Source of the DNA: Verrucomicrobiota bacterium
Lineage (GTDB): Bacteria > Verrucomicrobiota > Verrucomicrobiia > Limisphaerales > Palsa-1400
Length of the DNA stretch: 64,000 nucleotides
Direction: 5' to 3'
NCBI GenBank assembly: GCA_049510745.1
Contig: JBEKYR010000011.1
Location: 32,001 to 96,000, forward strand
Part shown: positions 8,521 through 18,181 of the stretch, one piece after another
Position numbering within the stretch: the first letter of the stretch is position 1
Layout of the letters: each line of letters begins with the position of its first letter
The notes under the pieces: model-generated
The model's input: only the letters and a program-made list of their open reading frames with translations
Databases searched by the model: none
What the model was told of the DNA's origin: nothing
Made by a program: the position numbers and the translations under genes

Positions 8521-10299
8521 ATGAGTGCCATCCCCGATTTGTCCGCCGCGCAGGTTCGCTACAACCGTTTTCTGCTGCTGGTCGCCGGCCTGGGCGGCTT
8601 GCTCTACGGGGTGGATGTCGGGATCATCGCCGGGGCGCTGCCTTACCTGGAGGCGACTTCCGGCCTGAACGCGGGCCAGCTTTCGATCGTCGTGGCGGCG
8701 GTGCTGTTGGGGAGCGTGATTTCCACTCTGTTCGCCGGTGCGCTGGCGGACTGGATGGGGCGCAAACTGTTGATGGCCTTGAGCGGGGCGCTCTTTGTCG
8801 CCAGCATCCCGGTGATTGCGCTGGCGCAAGGCTACGGGCCGCTGGTGCTGGGCCGTTTGTTGCAGGGCGTCAGCGCCGGGTTGATCGGGGTGGTCGTGCC
8901 GCTTTATCTGGCCGAATGCCTCGACGCGTCGCAGCGCGGCAAAGGCACCGGGATTTTTCAATGGCTCCTGACGCTGGGCATCGTGGCAGCGGCGGTGATC
9001 GGCATGTGGTTCAGCATCCGGGTGGACGCGGTGGCCAAACTGGGGGACGCGAACCGGCTGTTCGCGTTTAAAGACCTGGCTTGGCGGAGCATTTTCTGGG
9101 TCTCGCTGCCGCCGGGGATTCTGTTTGTCCTCGGCAGTTTCCGGGTGGCGGAATCGCCGCGCTGGCTCTTTCGCAAGGGCCGGACGGAGGCCGCGCGGGC
9201 GGCGCTGTTGCGCTCCCGCAGCGAGCAGCAGGCGGCCGTCGAGCTGGAGGAAATGGCAACGGCGGCGGCGGCGGAGCGGGCGAAATCGAGCGCGGGCGGA
9301 GCGCGGGGCCGGGAATCGCTGTGGCATCGCAAATACGTCATCCCGTTTGTCCTGGCGTGCGTCATCCTGGCGTGCAACCAGGCCACTGGTGTCAATTCTA
9401 TTATTGGCTACAACACGACGATCCTTTTGCAGGGCGGCTTGCCGGACGTGCAGGCGCACTGGGGCTACGTGATTTTGACCGTGGTCAATTTTTTGGTGAC
9501 CATCGGCGCGGTGGTGCTGGTGGACCGCAAAGGGCGCAAGTTCCTCCTCAGCGTGGGCAGCGCCGGGATCATCGTTTCGCTGGTCTGCGCGGGCCTTCTC
9601 TTCCGCAACACGGAAAGCCGCCGCGTCGATGCCCGCGAAGGCGTCCAGGCCCTGGTCACCCCGGACCAGAAACTCTCGCTGGCCTACAATGAGTGGACGG
9701 CGGGCAAACTCCTGTCCATCAGCGGCGCGGCGCAGCAGCCGACCACGCTGATTGTCATTTATTCCTATGGCGATTTCCGGGCGGTCACGACGGCGGCACG
9801 GTCGGACGACAAAGGGGCCAAGCCGATCGAAATCACGCGCGGTAATTGTGTGCCCACCAACACGGTTGTGACGATTTTCGCCAATCCGTTCAAAAACGTC
9901 GAGGCCGCGCAAACGGCGCCGCTAAAGATCGAGAACGCCCTCATCACGCCCGTGCCCGGCCGCGAAAGCGGATGGCTGGTGGCCGTCTGCCTGTTTGCCT
10001 TCATGGCATTTTTTGCGGTCGGTCCGGGTGTCTGCGTCTGGCTGGCGCTGTCGGAATTGATGCCGACGCGGATTCGCTCCAACGGAATGAGCATCGCCTT
10101 GCTCATCAACCAGGCGGTATCGACGACGATTGCGGCGATCTTTCTGCCGACAGTGGGGAAATACGGCTATTCGACGATGTTCTTCGCTTTTGCCGGATGC
10201 ACGGTCGTCTATTTTGTCACGGCCGCGTTTTTCCTGCCGGAAACGAAGGGAAAAACGCTGGAGGAAATCGAGGCCCACTTTGAAGGGCGGACCGGATAA
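8521..10299 (+). CDS. MFS sugar porter with a large extra loop
   Basis: GGLLYGVD, DWMGRK, ESPRWL, VDRKGRK, SELMPTRIR, PETKGKTLEEIE. Confidence 0.93.
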   Translation: MSAIPDLSAAQVRYNRFLLLVAGLGGLLYGVDVGIIAGALPYLEATSGLNAGQLSIVVAAVLLGSVISTLFAGALADWMGRKLLMALSGALFVASIPVIALAQGYGPLVLGRLLQGVSAGLIGVVVPLYLAECLDASQRGKGTGIFQWLLTLGIVAAAVIGMWFSIRVDAVAKLGDANRLFAFKDLAWRSIFWVSLPPGILFVLGSFRVAESPRWLFRKGRTEAARAALLRSRSEQQAAVELEEMATAAAAERAKSSAGGARGRESLWHRKYVIPFVLACVILACNQATGVNSIIGYNTTILLQGGLPDVQAHWGYVILTVVNFLVTIGAVVLVDRKGRKFLLSVGSAGIIVSLVCAGLLFRNTESRRVDAREGVQALVTPDQKLSLAYNEWTAGKLLSISGAAQQPTTLIVIYSYGDFRAVTTAARSDDKGAKPIEITRGNCVPTNTVVTIFANPFKNVEAAQTAPLKIENALITPVPGRESGWLVAVCLFAFMAFFAVGPGVCVWLALSELMPTRIRSNGMSIALLINQAVSTTIAAIFLPTVGKYGYSTMFFAFAGCTVVYFVTAAFFLPETKGKTLEEIEAHFEGRTG

Positions 10300-10309
10300 G
10301 GCGATTGCA

Positions 10310-11395
10310 ATGGATTCGATGCGCTCTCGCCCAAGTCTCCGGGAGAAAATCGGCCAGATGCTGCTGGTGGGTTTTCGCGGGTATGAAATTGGCGGCGGCG
10401 ATTCCATTGCCGGCGACCTGGCGGAACGGAACATCGGGGGCGTTATTTTGTTTGACGAGGAAATGGCGGACCCCGCGCGGCGCGGTCGCAACATCCAGTC
10501 GCCGGAGCAAGTGCGGGCGCTGACCGGGGCCTTGCGCCGCTACGCCCAAACGCCGCCGCTGATTGCCATCGACCAGGAAGGCGGGCGGGTCAACCGGCTC
10601 AAACCGGCCTATGGATTCCCGGAGACGCTCTCGCATGAGGAATTGGGCGCGATGAACGATCCGGCCCGCACGTTTGCGGAGGCGGAAAAAATCGCGCGGA
10701 CGCTGGCCGGCTTGGGCATCAATCTGAACCTGGCGCCGGTGGTCGATCTGGACGCCGGACCGGACAACCCGATCATCCGGGGGAAGAAGCGGAGTTTCGG
10801 CGCCGACCCCGAAAGGGTGAGCCGCCACGCGATGGAATTCGCCCGCGCGCACCGCCAGCACGGCATCCTGACCTGCGCCAAACATTTTCCCGGCCACGGC
10901 AGCGCGCGCGGGGACACGCATTTGGGACTGGTCGATGTGACAAAATACTGGACGGAAAGGGAGTTGGCGCCGTTTCAGCGGCTGATCGAAGCGAAACTTT
11001 GCGACGCGGTGATGACGGCCCACGTCTTCAACGCGTGCCTGGATCCCGACCGTCCCGCGACGCTTTCCCAAAACGTGCTCGGCGGCCTGTTGCGGCGGCG
11101 GCTGGGATTTGAGGGAGTGATCTTGAGCGACGACATGGAAATGAAAGCCATCTCGGGCCAATACGGATTGGAGCAGGCGATTCAAATGGGCCTCGAAGCC
11201 GGTTTGGACATGCTGTGCTTCGGCAACAACATGAAGTTCGATGCGGACATCGGGGCAAAAGTTTCCGAAATCATTTATCGGCTGGTCGATTCGGGAAAGC
11301 TGGCCGAGTCGCGGATCGACGAATCATATCAGCGGATTCAACAGTTGAAAGGCAGGAACACGGCATCCCTCAGGGAAAAACATGAGACAGGATGA
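10310..11395 (+). CDS. nagZ: GH3 beta-N-acetylhexosaminidase
   Basis: AIDQEGGRV, NLAPVVD, RSFG, KHFPGHGS.RGDTH, SDDMEM. Confidence 0.85.
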   Translation: MDSMRSRPSLREKIGQMLLVGFRGYEIGGGDSIAGDLAERNIGGVILFDEEMADPARRGRNIQSPEQVRALTGALRRYAQTPPLIAIDQEGGRVNRLKPAYGFPETLSHEELGAMNDPARTFAEAEKIARTLAGLGINLNLAPVVDLDAGPDNPIIRGKKRSFGADPERVSRHAMEFARAHRQHGILTCAKHFPGHGSARGDTHLGLVDVTKYWTERELAPFQRLIEAKLCDAVMTAHVFNACLDPDRPATLSQNVLGGLLRRRLGFEGVILSDDMEMKAISGQYGLEQAIQMGLEAGLDMLCFGNNMKFDADIGAKVSEIIYRLVDSGKLAESRIDESYQRIQQLKGRNTASLREKHETG

Positions 11396-11474
11396 CAGGA
11401 TTCACAGGATGAAGTCTTTTTCCGAAGGAATATCCGCAGGCACAAGAAATCCTGTAAATCGTGCTCATCCTGTC
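11386..11474. repeat. Palindromic ACAGGAT/ATCCTGT element overlapping the nagZ stop
   Basis: GACAGGATGACAGGATTCACAGGAT...ATCCTGTAAATCGTGCTCATCCTGTC. Confidence 0.8.
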
Positions 11475-11486
11475 CCCGCCGCTGTG

Positions 11487-11810
11487 CTACTCGCGAGGTA
11501 TTTCCACCCGTGAGAATTCGCTTGATTTGACTTTGTCCAGGGCCGTTTGGACCAGCGCCACGTGGTGTTTCAGGGTTGGCCAATGGTTGGTGGACAAGAG
11601 CAGGATGGCGATCTTCCGGCCTTTGAGGTTCTGTTGGTACTGTAGATTTCGGTCACAGGTGAGAAACAAATCAAACTCTGGTTCGGCCAGCGCCAGGAGG
11701 CGTCCATTCTTGAAACCACCCCAGCCTTTTTGCAGCGCGGTTAAAAAAGTGTGACCTGCCAGCAGGCGCACCAGTTTCAATGGCACGCACTCGTCCACCA
11801 GCACCCTCAC
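11487..11810 (-). CDS. DUF5615 PIN-like toxin
   Basis: MRVLVDEC, GWGGFKNGRLL, FLTCDRNLQYQQNL. Confidence 0.88.
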   Translation of the reverse strand: MRVLVDECVPLKLVRLLAGHTFLTALQKGWGGFKNGRLLALAEPEFDLFLTCDRNLQYQQNLKGRKIAILLLSTNHWPTLKHHVALVQTALDKVKSSEFSRVEIPRE

Positions 11811-12058
11811 CGGCGCGCCCTTTCCAAGGTGAGCTCTTGCGCGGCCATGATCACGGCCACCGCCGCTGCACGGCTCACCGACGGGAAATTTTCCAAAAAT
11901 TCTTCGAGCGGACAGTCGCTTTCCAAGTGTTCAAAGAGCGACGCCACGGGAACGCGCGTGCCGCGAAAGACGGGATCGCCGCCCAATATCTCCGGGTCGG
12001 TAACGATATAATCGCTCAACTTGACATGTTTTGCTTTTTCGCCGGAAAGCGTTTTCAT
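11807..12058 (-). CDS. DUF433 antitoxin
   Basis: DPEILGGDPVFRGTRVPV, LEEFLENFP; 4-nt overlap with toxin. Confidence 0.9.
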   Translation of the reverse strand: MKTLSGEKAKHVKLSDYIVTDPEILGGDPVFRGTRVPVASLFEHLESDCPLEEFLENFPSVSRAAAVAVIMAAQELTLERARR

Positions 12059-12225
12059 TCGATTCGGTTCTATCATGCGCCTGTTTGGGCGCGGGTGCAA
12101 GCGGCGAACGGTCTTTTGCCGTGGGTTATTCCACGCCGCCTCCTCAAATCCCCGCCGCTGTTGGCCGCCCGAGGCAGGAACATGGAGTTTGCGGTGGCAG
12201 CCTGGCATGGGGCATGCTAATCGAA

Positions 12226-13914
12226 ATGGAAATGGAAACCGCCCCCCGGCGCAATCCCTGGTTGTGGGTGCCGAGCCTCTATTTTTCGCAGGGGATTCCG
12301 TACGTCATTGTCATGACGATGTCGGTGATCATGTACAAACGGCTGGGCATCTCGAACACGGACATCGCCCTCTATACGAGCTGGCTCTACCTGCCGTGGG
12401 TGCTCAAACCGTTGTGGAGCCCGCTGGTCGATATCACCCGCACCAAGCGGTTTTGGGTGGTGACGATGCAATTCCTGGTCGCCGCCGGGCTGGCGGCGGT
12501 GGCGTTCTCGGTGCCGGCCGGCGGATTTTTCAGGCTGTCGCTCGGTTTGTTTTGGGTGATGGCATTTGCGTCGGCTACGCATGACATCGCGGCGGACGGT
12601 TTTTACATGTTGAGCCTCTCGCAGCATGAGCAAGCCTGGTGGGTGGGTTTGCGGAGCACGTTTTACCGCACGGCCATGATTGTGGGGAGCGGTTTGCTGG
12701 TCGTGCTGGCGGGAGTCCTGGAGAGCAGGAACGGTCTGCCGCCGCTGGAATTGACCGTGCGCGCGGTGGAGCCGGGGACGAAAGAGAAGGCCGGCGCGCC
12801 GCCCGCGACCCCGGCCGCCGCCCAGCAGGGTGAACTGCATTTGATCGCCCAGCCGCCGGCTTTGGAAATCCCGTTGACTGACGCCGGCGCGTCATCGAGC
12901 AATACGGGGGCAATCTTTCTGACCCTTTCCCGCCCGCCGGAGGGCAACCGCGCCGTCACCGTCAACGTGGACCGGAAGATGAGCGGGTTGGAGTACTTCG
13001 GATTGGGCAAGGGCGACAAAGGAGTGCGGTTGCTGGAAGGCGGGCGCCTGGTGTTTGCCGCCAGCAATTGGAACACGCCCGCAGCGGTGGCGTTTGCGGT
13101 GGATGCGAAACTCCGGCGGGAAACCACCGCGCGTTTCATCGCCACGTCCGGGAACGTTCCGCTGGCGTGGTCGATCACCCTTTTCGCGGTCGCGGGACTG
13201 TTCCTGCTCTTCAGCCTGTGGCACAGTTTCATCCTGCCCCGTCCCGCCGGCGACGGGCCGGTGGTCACCGGAAGAGATATGACGGCGGAGTTCTTTGCCA
13301 CGTTTGGGTCGTTCTTCCGGAAGCCGGGCGTGCTCATGGCGGTGGGCTTCATTTTGTTGTATCGCTTCGACGAGGCGCAATTGAGCAAGGTCATTTCGCC
13401 TTTCCTGCTGGACAGCCGGGCGGCGGGCGGGCTGGGATTGACCACCAGCCAGGTGGGACTGGCCTACGGCGCCTTTGGCATCGCGGCGTTGACCTGCGGC
13501 GGGTTGCTGGGGGGCTTCACGGCGGCCAAATACGGGTTGAAAACGATGCTGCCCATCATGGTTTGTTCGATGTATCTGCCCAAACTGGCCTTTGTATTTC
13601 TTTCCTACACGCAACCGGAGAATTTCCTGGTCGTCTGCGGCAGCGTGGCGGTGGAGCAGTTCGGGTACGGATTCGGGTTCACGGCTTTTATGCTTTACAT
13701 GCTGTGGTTTGCGGACGGGCCGCACAAGACGGCCCATTACGCCATCTGCACCGGGTTCATGGCGCTGGGGATGATGATTCCGGGCATGTGGAGCGGCTGG
13801 GTGGCCGATCGCGCCGGCTACCGGCATTTTTTCATCTGGGTCATCTGCTCGGCCTTGCCGGGATTGACCCTTGCCCTGCTCCTGAAGGTCGATCCCCAAT
13901 TTGGCCGGAAATAA
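12226..13914 (+). CDS. ampG: AmpG-like MFS permease with inserted soluble domain
   Basis: PWLWVPSLYF.QGIP, LPWVLKPLWSP, SATHDIAADG, KTAHYA; near nagZ. Confidence 0.8.
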   Translation: MEMETAPRRNPWLWVPSLYFSQGIPYVIVMTMSVIMYKRLGISNTDIALYTSWLYLPWVLKPLWSPLVDITRTKRFWVVTMQFLVAAGLAAVAFSVPAGGFFRLSLGLFWVMAFASATHDIAADGFYMLSLSQHEQAWWVGLRSTFYRTAMIVGSGLLVVLAGVLESRNGLPPLELTVRAVEPGTKEKAGAPPATPAAAQQGELHLIAQPPALEIPLTDAGASSSNTGAIFLTLSRPPEGNRAVTVNVDRKMSGLEYFGLGKGDKGVRLLEGGRLVFAASNWNTPAAVAFAVDAKLRRETTARFIATSGNVPLAWSITLFAVAGLFLLFSLWHSFILPRPAGDGPVVTGRDMTAEFFATFGSFFRKPGVLMAVGFILLYRFDEAQLSKVISPFLLDSRAAGGLGLTTSQVGLAYGAFGIAALTCGGLLGGFTAAKYGLKTMLPIMVCSMYLPKLAFVFLSYTQPENFLVVCGSVAVEQFGYGFGFTAFMLYMLWFADGPHKTAHYAICTGFMALGMMIPGMWSGWVADRAGYRHFFIWVICSALPGLTLALLLKVDPQFGRK

Positions 13915-13940
13915 GCCGGAGGCGTCCGCGCACGGTCTCC

Positions 13941-15599
13941 TTATTGATTCACCACGGCGCGATAGAAGTCCTGGTTGTCGGCGAAGGGAACGGTGATCGA
14001 GCGGTTCGGGTTGGGGCTGTAATTGGTGGCCACGGGAATCCAGTTAACCAGGTCGAGCGACTGCTGGATGACGTAAGTGACGTTGCTTTGGCCCAGGAGC
14101 GTAAAGCCCCATTGCCCCGCCACGCAGCACGGATTGGTCAAGGTGGGCGGGAGCAGGACGTCGAGCGCTTGAATAATCGGGACCGAGACGGTGGTGGCCT
14201 GGTTGGTGCCGGGCGGGGAATAGACGCGCCAGATGCCTTCAGTCCGCTCCACGGCGTATAAGTTTCCGACATTGTCCCACGCAACATCGGTCATCTGCTG
14301 GTTGGTGTTGCCATCCAGGCCCGTGTTGATATTGGTCACCAGCGAGCCGTTGGTCGCGTAGAAGATGCTGATCCCGCCGTTGGTAAGGACGGTGGGGTCG
14401 GGGCCTCTCCCAAGGCAGGCCACGGCCACAAAGGTTGCCGTCGGGTCCACCGCAACGCCGTACGCGTTTTCCAAGGTGGGGTCCCCGCTGCCGACCTGCC
14501 ACAATGCGTTTGTTTCCGGCAAACTTCCATTCAGGAAGGGCGGAAAAGAAAGCACTCTCATTGTTGAGGCGTCAGTGTTCTGATTCAGGGGCGAACCGTA
14601 CACATTGACCCGCTGGATGGCGTAAATGCCGCCGTTGGTGTCCACCGCGACATCGAAGGGCGCGTAGGTCAAGGCGCACCCGCTGCCCGCGCTCACAATC
14701 ACGGTGCCCGTGTCATAAGGCGCAAGCGTGCCGTCGGGATTCACATTCCAACGGAGGATGCCCAAACCTCCTTGGTCAATGTCCGCCATCCAGATTTGGG
14801 TATTGGCGCCGGCGCCCAAAACGCAGGGGCCGCTCAAATAGATGCCCGGATAGGGATAGTTGTCCGGGCGCAGGACGGACAGGTAATTCGGGGAAAGGAC
14901 CTGGTCGAAGGACATTACCACTCCGTAGCCGCTCCAGTCCTCAACGTACAACCGGTCGTCGGCGGACACTCCCATTTTCCACGGGCTGGGGTTGTAATAT
15001 CCTCCACCCCAGGAATAACCCCCGGTGCTGAATCCGCCCTCGTCGCCGGGGCTGCCGTCGGCGTTGCATTTCAAGATGCCGGGGGTGCCCGAAAAGGAGG
15101 AGTCGCCGATGAAAACGCGGCCGTAATAGGGGCTGTTCGTGTTTCTATTAACAGCGATGCTGGAGGGCTGGAAGACATCGAAATTGGTGCTGTCGTCGGT
15201 GATGTTGGTCCAGGTGTCGTAACCGTCGGCGGCGGCGGTAATGCTGAGGGTGTAAACGCCGGGCAGGGCGTTGGAGCCGTTATCATTGGTGCCGTCCCAC
15301 AGGAAGGAGTTCAGGCCGGCGTTCGTTCCCGGAATTCCGCCTTCGGCGGAGAAGGTTTTGACCACATTCGTGCCGGAATAAATCCGGGCGGACACGCCGC
15401 CGGTGGCGTTGTCGTTGAGGATGTAACTGACGGTCAGGTTGCTGACCGTCAGGCTGCTGCCCGGCACAATGACGCCGGCGTTGAGGGAGCCGTTGAGCTG
15501 GATATCGGTGGCATAAACATTGGCCCGGACGGAAACAATGCAGGAAAAGAGAAACAAAAGTCCCATCAGCAGGACTTGGCCGCAACGCGTGGTTCTCAT
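13941..15599 (-). CDS. Secreted protein: FlgD-type Ig domain, NHL-like beta-propeller, verrucomicrobial C-terminal domain
   Basis: Signal peptide; WDGTNDNGSNALPGVY; repeated DVAVD/GVAVD/DVAWD blades; QSLDLVNWIPVATN...FYRAV tail. Confidence 0.75.
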   Translation of the reverse strand: MRTTRCGQVLLMGLLFLFSCIVSVRANVYATDIQLNGSLNAGVIVPGSSLTVSNLTVSYILNDNATGGVSARIYSGTNVVKTFSAEGGIPGTNAGLNSFLWDGTNDNGSNALPGVYTLSITAAADGYDTWTNITDDSTNFDVFQPSSIAVNRNTNSPYYGRVFIGDSSFSGTPGILKCNADGSPGDEGGFSTGGYSWGGGYYNPSPWKMGVSADDRLYVEDWSGYGVVMSFDQVLSPNYLSVLRPDNYPYPGIYLSGPCVLGAGANTQIWMADIDQGGLGILRWNVNPDGTLAPYDTGTVIVSAGSGCALTYAPFDVAVDTNGGIYAIQRVNVYGSPLNQNTDASTMRVLSFPPFLNGSLPETNALWQVGSGDPTLENAYGVAVDPTATFVAVACLGRGPDPTVLTNGGISIFYATNGSLVTNINTGLDGNTNQQMTDVAWDNVGNLYAVERTEGIWRVYSPPGTNQATTVSVPIIQALDVLLPPTLTNPCCVAGQWGFTLLGQSNVTYVIQQSLDLVNWIPVATNYSPNPNRSITVPFADNQDFYRAVVNQ

Positions 15600-15732
15600 T
15601 CCTAGGATCACCTTCTTACCGCGCCACGATACAGAATGTCGGTCGCAATTCAAGCGTTAATCCAAGATAACCAAAAAATAGGGGGTTGACAGTTTAAAAA
15701 AGATCAATCAATTTATCCGTATTCGTTGATAT

Positions 15733-16995
15733 ATGGAAAAGCACGCCGGTTTCATGAAGGCGCTCAAGTGCCGCGAATGCGGGCGGGAATACCCGCTGAC
15801 CGCCAATCACGTCTGCGAATTTGATTTTGGCCCGCTGGAGGTGGTCTATGATTACGAGCGCATCAAGCAAAGCCTGACCCGGGACGCCGTTCAATCCCGC
15901 CCCAAGAGCATGTGGCGCTTTCGCGAGCTGCTCCCCATCGCGGGCGAGCCGACCGTCGGGCTGGAAGTGGGCGGCACGCCCCTGCTCAAGGCCGACCGGC
16001 TGGCGCGGCGCCTGGGCATTCGCGAGTTATGGGTCAAGAACGACGCGGTCAATTATCCCACCCTGTCCTTCAAGGACCGGGTGGTCAGCGTGGCGTTGAG
16101 CCGGGCCAGGGAGCTGGGCTTCACCACCGTCGCCTGCGCGTCCACCGGCAACCTGGCCAATTCGGTCGCCGCCAACGCCGCCGCCGCCGGCCTGAAGGCT
16201 TACGTTTTCATCCCCTCCGACCTGGAACAGAGCAAAGTGGTCAATTCCCTTATTTACGGGGGCCACGTTATCGGCATCAAGGGTCACTACGATGAGGTCA
16301 ACCGCCTCTGCGCCGAGATCGCGGGCAAATACCCCTGGGCCTTTGTCAATGTGAATATGCGGCCTTATTACGCCGAAGGTTCCAAGAGCATGGGTTTGGA
16401 AATTGTCGAGCAACTGGGCTGGCGCGTTCCGTCCCACACCGTCGTCTGCATGGCGTCGGGTTCCCTGCTGACCAAGATTTACAAGAGCTACCAGGAAGCC
16501 ATGAAGATCGGGCTGGCGCCCCAAGCCGAACCGCGCATCCACGGCGCCCAGGCGACCGGTTGCTCGCCCATTTCCACCGCCCAAAAGGCCGGCCTGGATT
16601 TTTTCAAGCCGGTCAAGCCCAATACCATCGCCAAATCCCTGGCCATCGGCACGCCGGCCGACGGCTTTTACGCCCTGCGCGTGATGAAGGAAACCGGCGG
16701 GTGCGCCGAGGACGTGAGCGACAACGAGATTCGAGAGGGCATCAAGCTGCTGGCCGAATGCGAAGGCATCTTTGCCGAAACGGCGGGCGGCGTCACGGTC
16801 GGCGTGGCCAGGAAATTGATTGCCAGCGGCGTGATTCCAGCCGATGATTCCGCCGTGTTGTGCATCACAGGCAACGGTCTGAAAACACTCGACGCCGTCG
16901 TGGGCCACGCCGGATACACGCGCGAAATCCGGCCCAGCCTGAGGGAATTTGAAGCCCTGCTCGACGCCGAGGCGCGCGCCCCGGCCCAAGCCTGA
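15733..16995 (+). CDS. thrC: Threonine synthase-like PLP enzyme
   Basis: N-terminal CREC, PTLSFKDR (PLP Lys), CASTGNLANS, ITGNGLK. Confidence 0.85.
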   Translation: MEKHAGFMKALKCRECGREYPLTANHVCEFDFGPLEVVYDYERIKQSLTRDAVQSRPKSMWRFRELLPIAGEPTVGLEVGGTPLLKADRLARRLGIRELWVKNDAVNYPTLSFKDRVVSVALSRARELGFTTVACASTGNLANSVAANAAAAGLKAYVFIPSDLEQSKVVNSLIYGGHVIGIKGHYDEVNRLCAEIAGKYPWAFVNVNMRPYYAEGSKSMGLEIVEQLGWRVPSHTVVCMASGSLLTKIYKSYQEAMKIGLAPQAEPRIHGAQATGCSPISTAQKAGLDFFKPVKPNTIAKSLAIGTPADGFYALRVMKETGGCAEDVSDNEIREGIKLLAECEGIFAETAGGVTVGVARKLIASGVIPADDSAVLCITGNGLKTLDAVVGHAGYTREIRPSLREFEALLDAEARAPAQA

Positions 16996-17017
16996 GCCAC
17001 AACAAACTCGAAATGCC

Positions 17018-17293
17018 ATGCCAGTCAAAGTTCGCATTCCAACTCCGTTGCGCAAACTGACGCACGATGAAGAAATCGTCCAGGTCAGCGCCGCCACTGT
17101 CGGCGGCGCCATCGCCGAATTGCAGGCCCGCTACCCGGGCATCAAGGAGCGGTTGACCGACGAGGCCGGCAGCGTGCGGCGCTTCGTCAATGTCTATGTC
17201 AACGAGGAAGACATCCGCTTTCTGCAAAACCAGGAAACGGCGCTGAAGGATGGCGATGAGATCAGCATTATACCCGCCATCGCGGGTGGATAG
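17018..17293 (+). CDS. MoaD/ThiS ubiquitin-like sulfur carrier
   Basis: VRIPTPLR, FVNVYVN.EDIRF, C-terminal PAIAGG. Confidence 0.92.
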   Translation: MPVKVRIPTPLRKLTHDEEIVQVSAATVGGAIAELQARYPGIKERLTDEAGSVRRFVNVYVNEEDIRFLQNQETALKDGDEISIIPAIAGG

Positions 17294-17305
17294 GAAAGGC
17301 CCCCC

Positions 17306-17593
17306 ATGCCCACAAAGAAACGCAAAGCCACGGCCGCCAGCGGCGCGCCGCCTGCCCAGACGCGCCTCTGGCTGATGTACCCGGCCAAGTTAATCACCAA
17401 CCCGATCATTTGGGAATTGGGCCAGAAATTCCCCGTCGTCACCAACGTCCGCCAAGCCAGTGTCACCGATGAGATCGGCATCGTTTGCCTGGAAATCGGC
17501 GGCCAGCGGGCGCACGTCAAGGCAGCCATTCGATGGCTGGAGAAGATCGGCATCAAGGTCGAGCCGGTGGAGATTGGCGTGATTGAGAGTTAA
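17306..17593 (+). CDS. NIL domain protein
   Basis: LMYPAKLITNPIIWEL...TNVRQASV...GIVCLEI.G. Confidence 0.85.
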   Translation: MPTKKRKATAASGAPPAQTRLWLMYPAKLITNPIIWELGQKFPVVTNVRQASVTDEIGIVCLEIGGQRAHVKAAIRWLEKIGIKVEPVEIGVIES

Positions 17594-17731
17594 GGGTTTC
17601 CCCTACAAGAATCGGTTTAATTGGTCAAGTCGCTGCTTGACCCTTGCTGGCCAATGCGTTAGAGCTAGGGAGTCTTCTCCCGCTCTTTTGTGGCGGGGAG
17701 GGATTTTGAATGCAGTGACGCGCGAAAACCT

Positions 17732-18034
17732 ATGACAAAACGTGATCTCGTAGTCCGCATCAGCGAAGAAACGGGCCTGGTCCAACAACAAGTGCTGCAA
17801 GTGGTCCAGCGAACCCTCGATCACATCTCCGAGGCGGTGGCCGCGGGGACGACCGTCGAGTTGCGCAATTTCGGCGTCTTTGAAGTCAAGGTCCGCAAGG
17901 CGCGGATTGGCCGCAACCCCAACCAACCCAAAACCGATGTTCCAATCCCCCGCCGCACCGTGGTCAAGTTCAAGCCGGGCAAGGAAATGCGGGAAGCGGT
18001 CATGAAACTTCCTCCCGCCGCCCCGGCGCCGTGA
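17732..18034 (+). CDS. HU/IHF family DNA-binding protein
   Basis: MTKRDLV, VELRNFGVF, RIGRNP, VKFKPGK. Confidence 0.95.
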   Translation: MTKRDLVVRISEETGLVQQQVLQVVQRTLDHISEAVAAGTTVELRNFGVFEVKVRKARIGRNPNQPKTDVPIPRRTVVKFKPGKEMREAVMKLPPAAPAP

Positions 18035-18181
18035 ATTGCGGGGGGGTTCCGCCGCCGTTTCCGCGCACCCGCCGCCGCCCTATTCTTGACTTCAAATTCA
18101 TCGACAAGAGAGGAGCGCCCGCCTAAGGTTTGCAGCCTGGTGTTGGCAGATAAGACCACTGCGCGCGGCAACTCATCCCAG

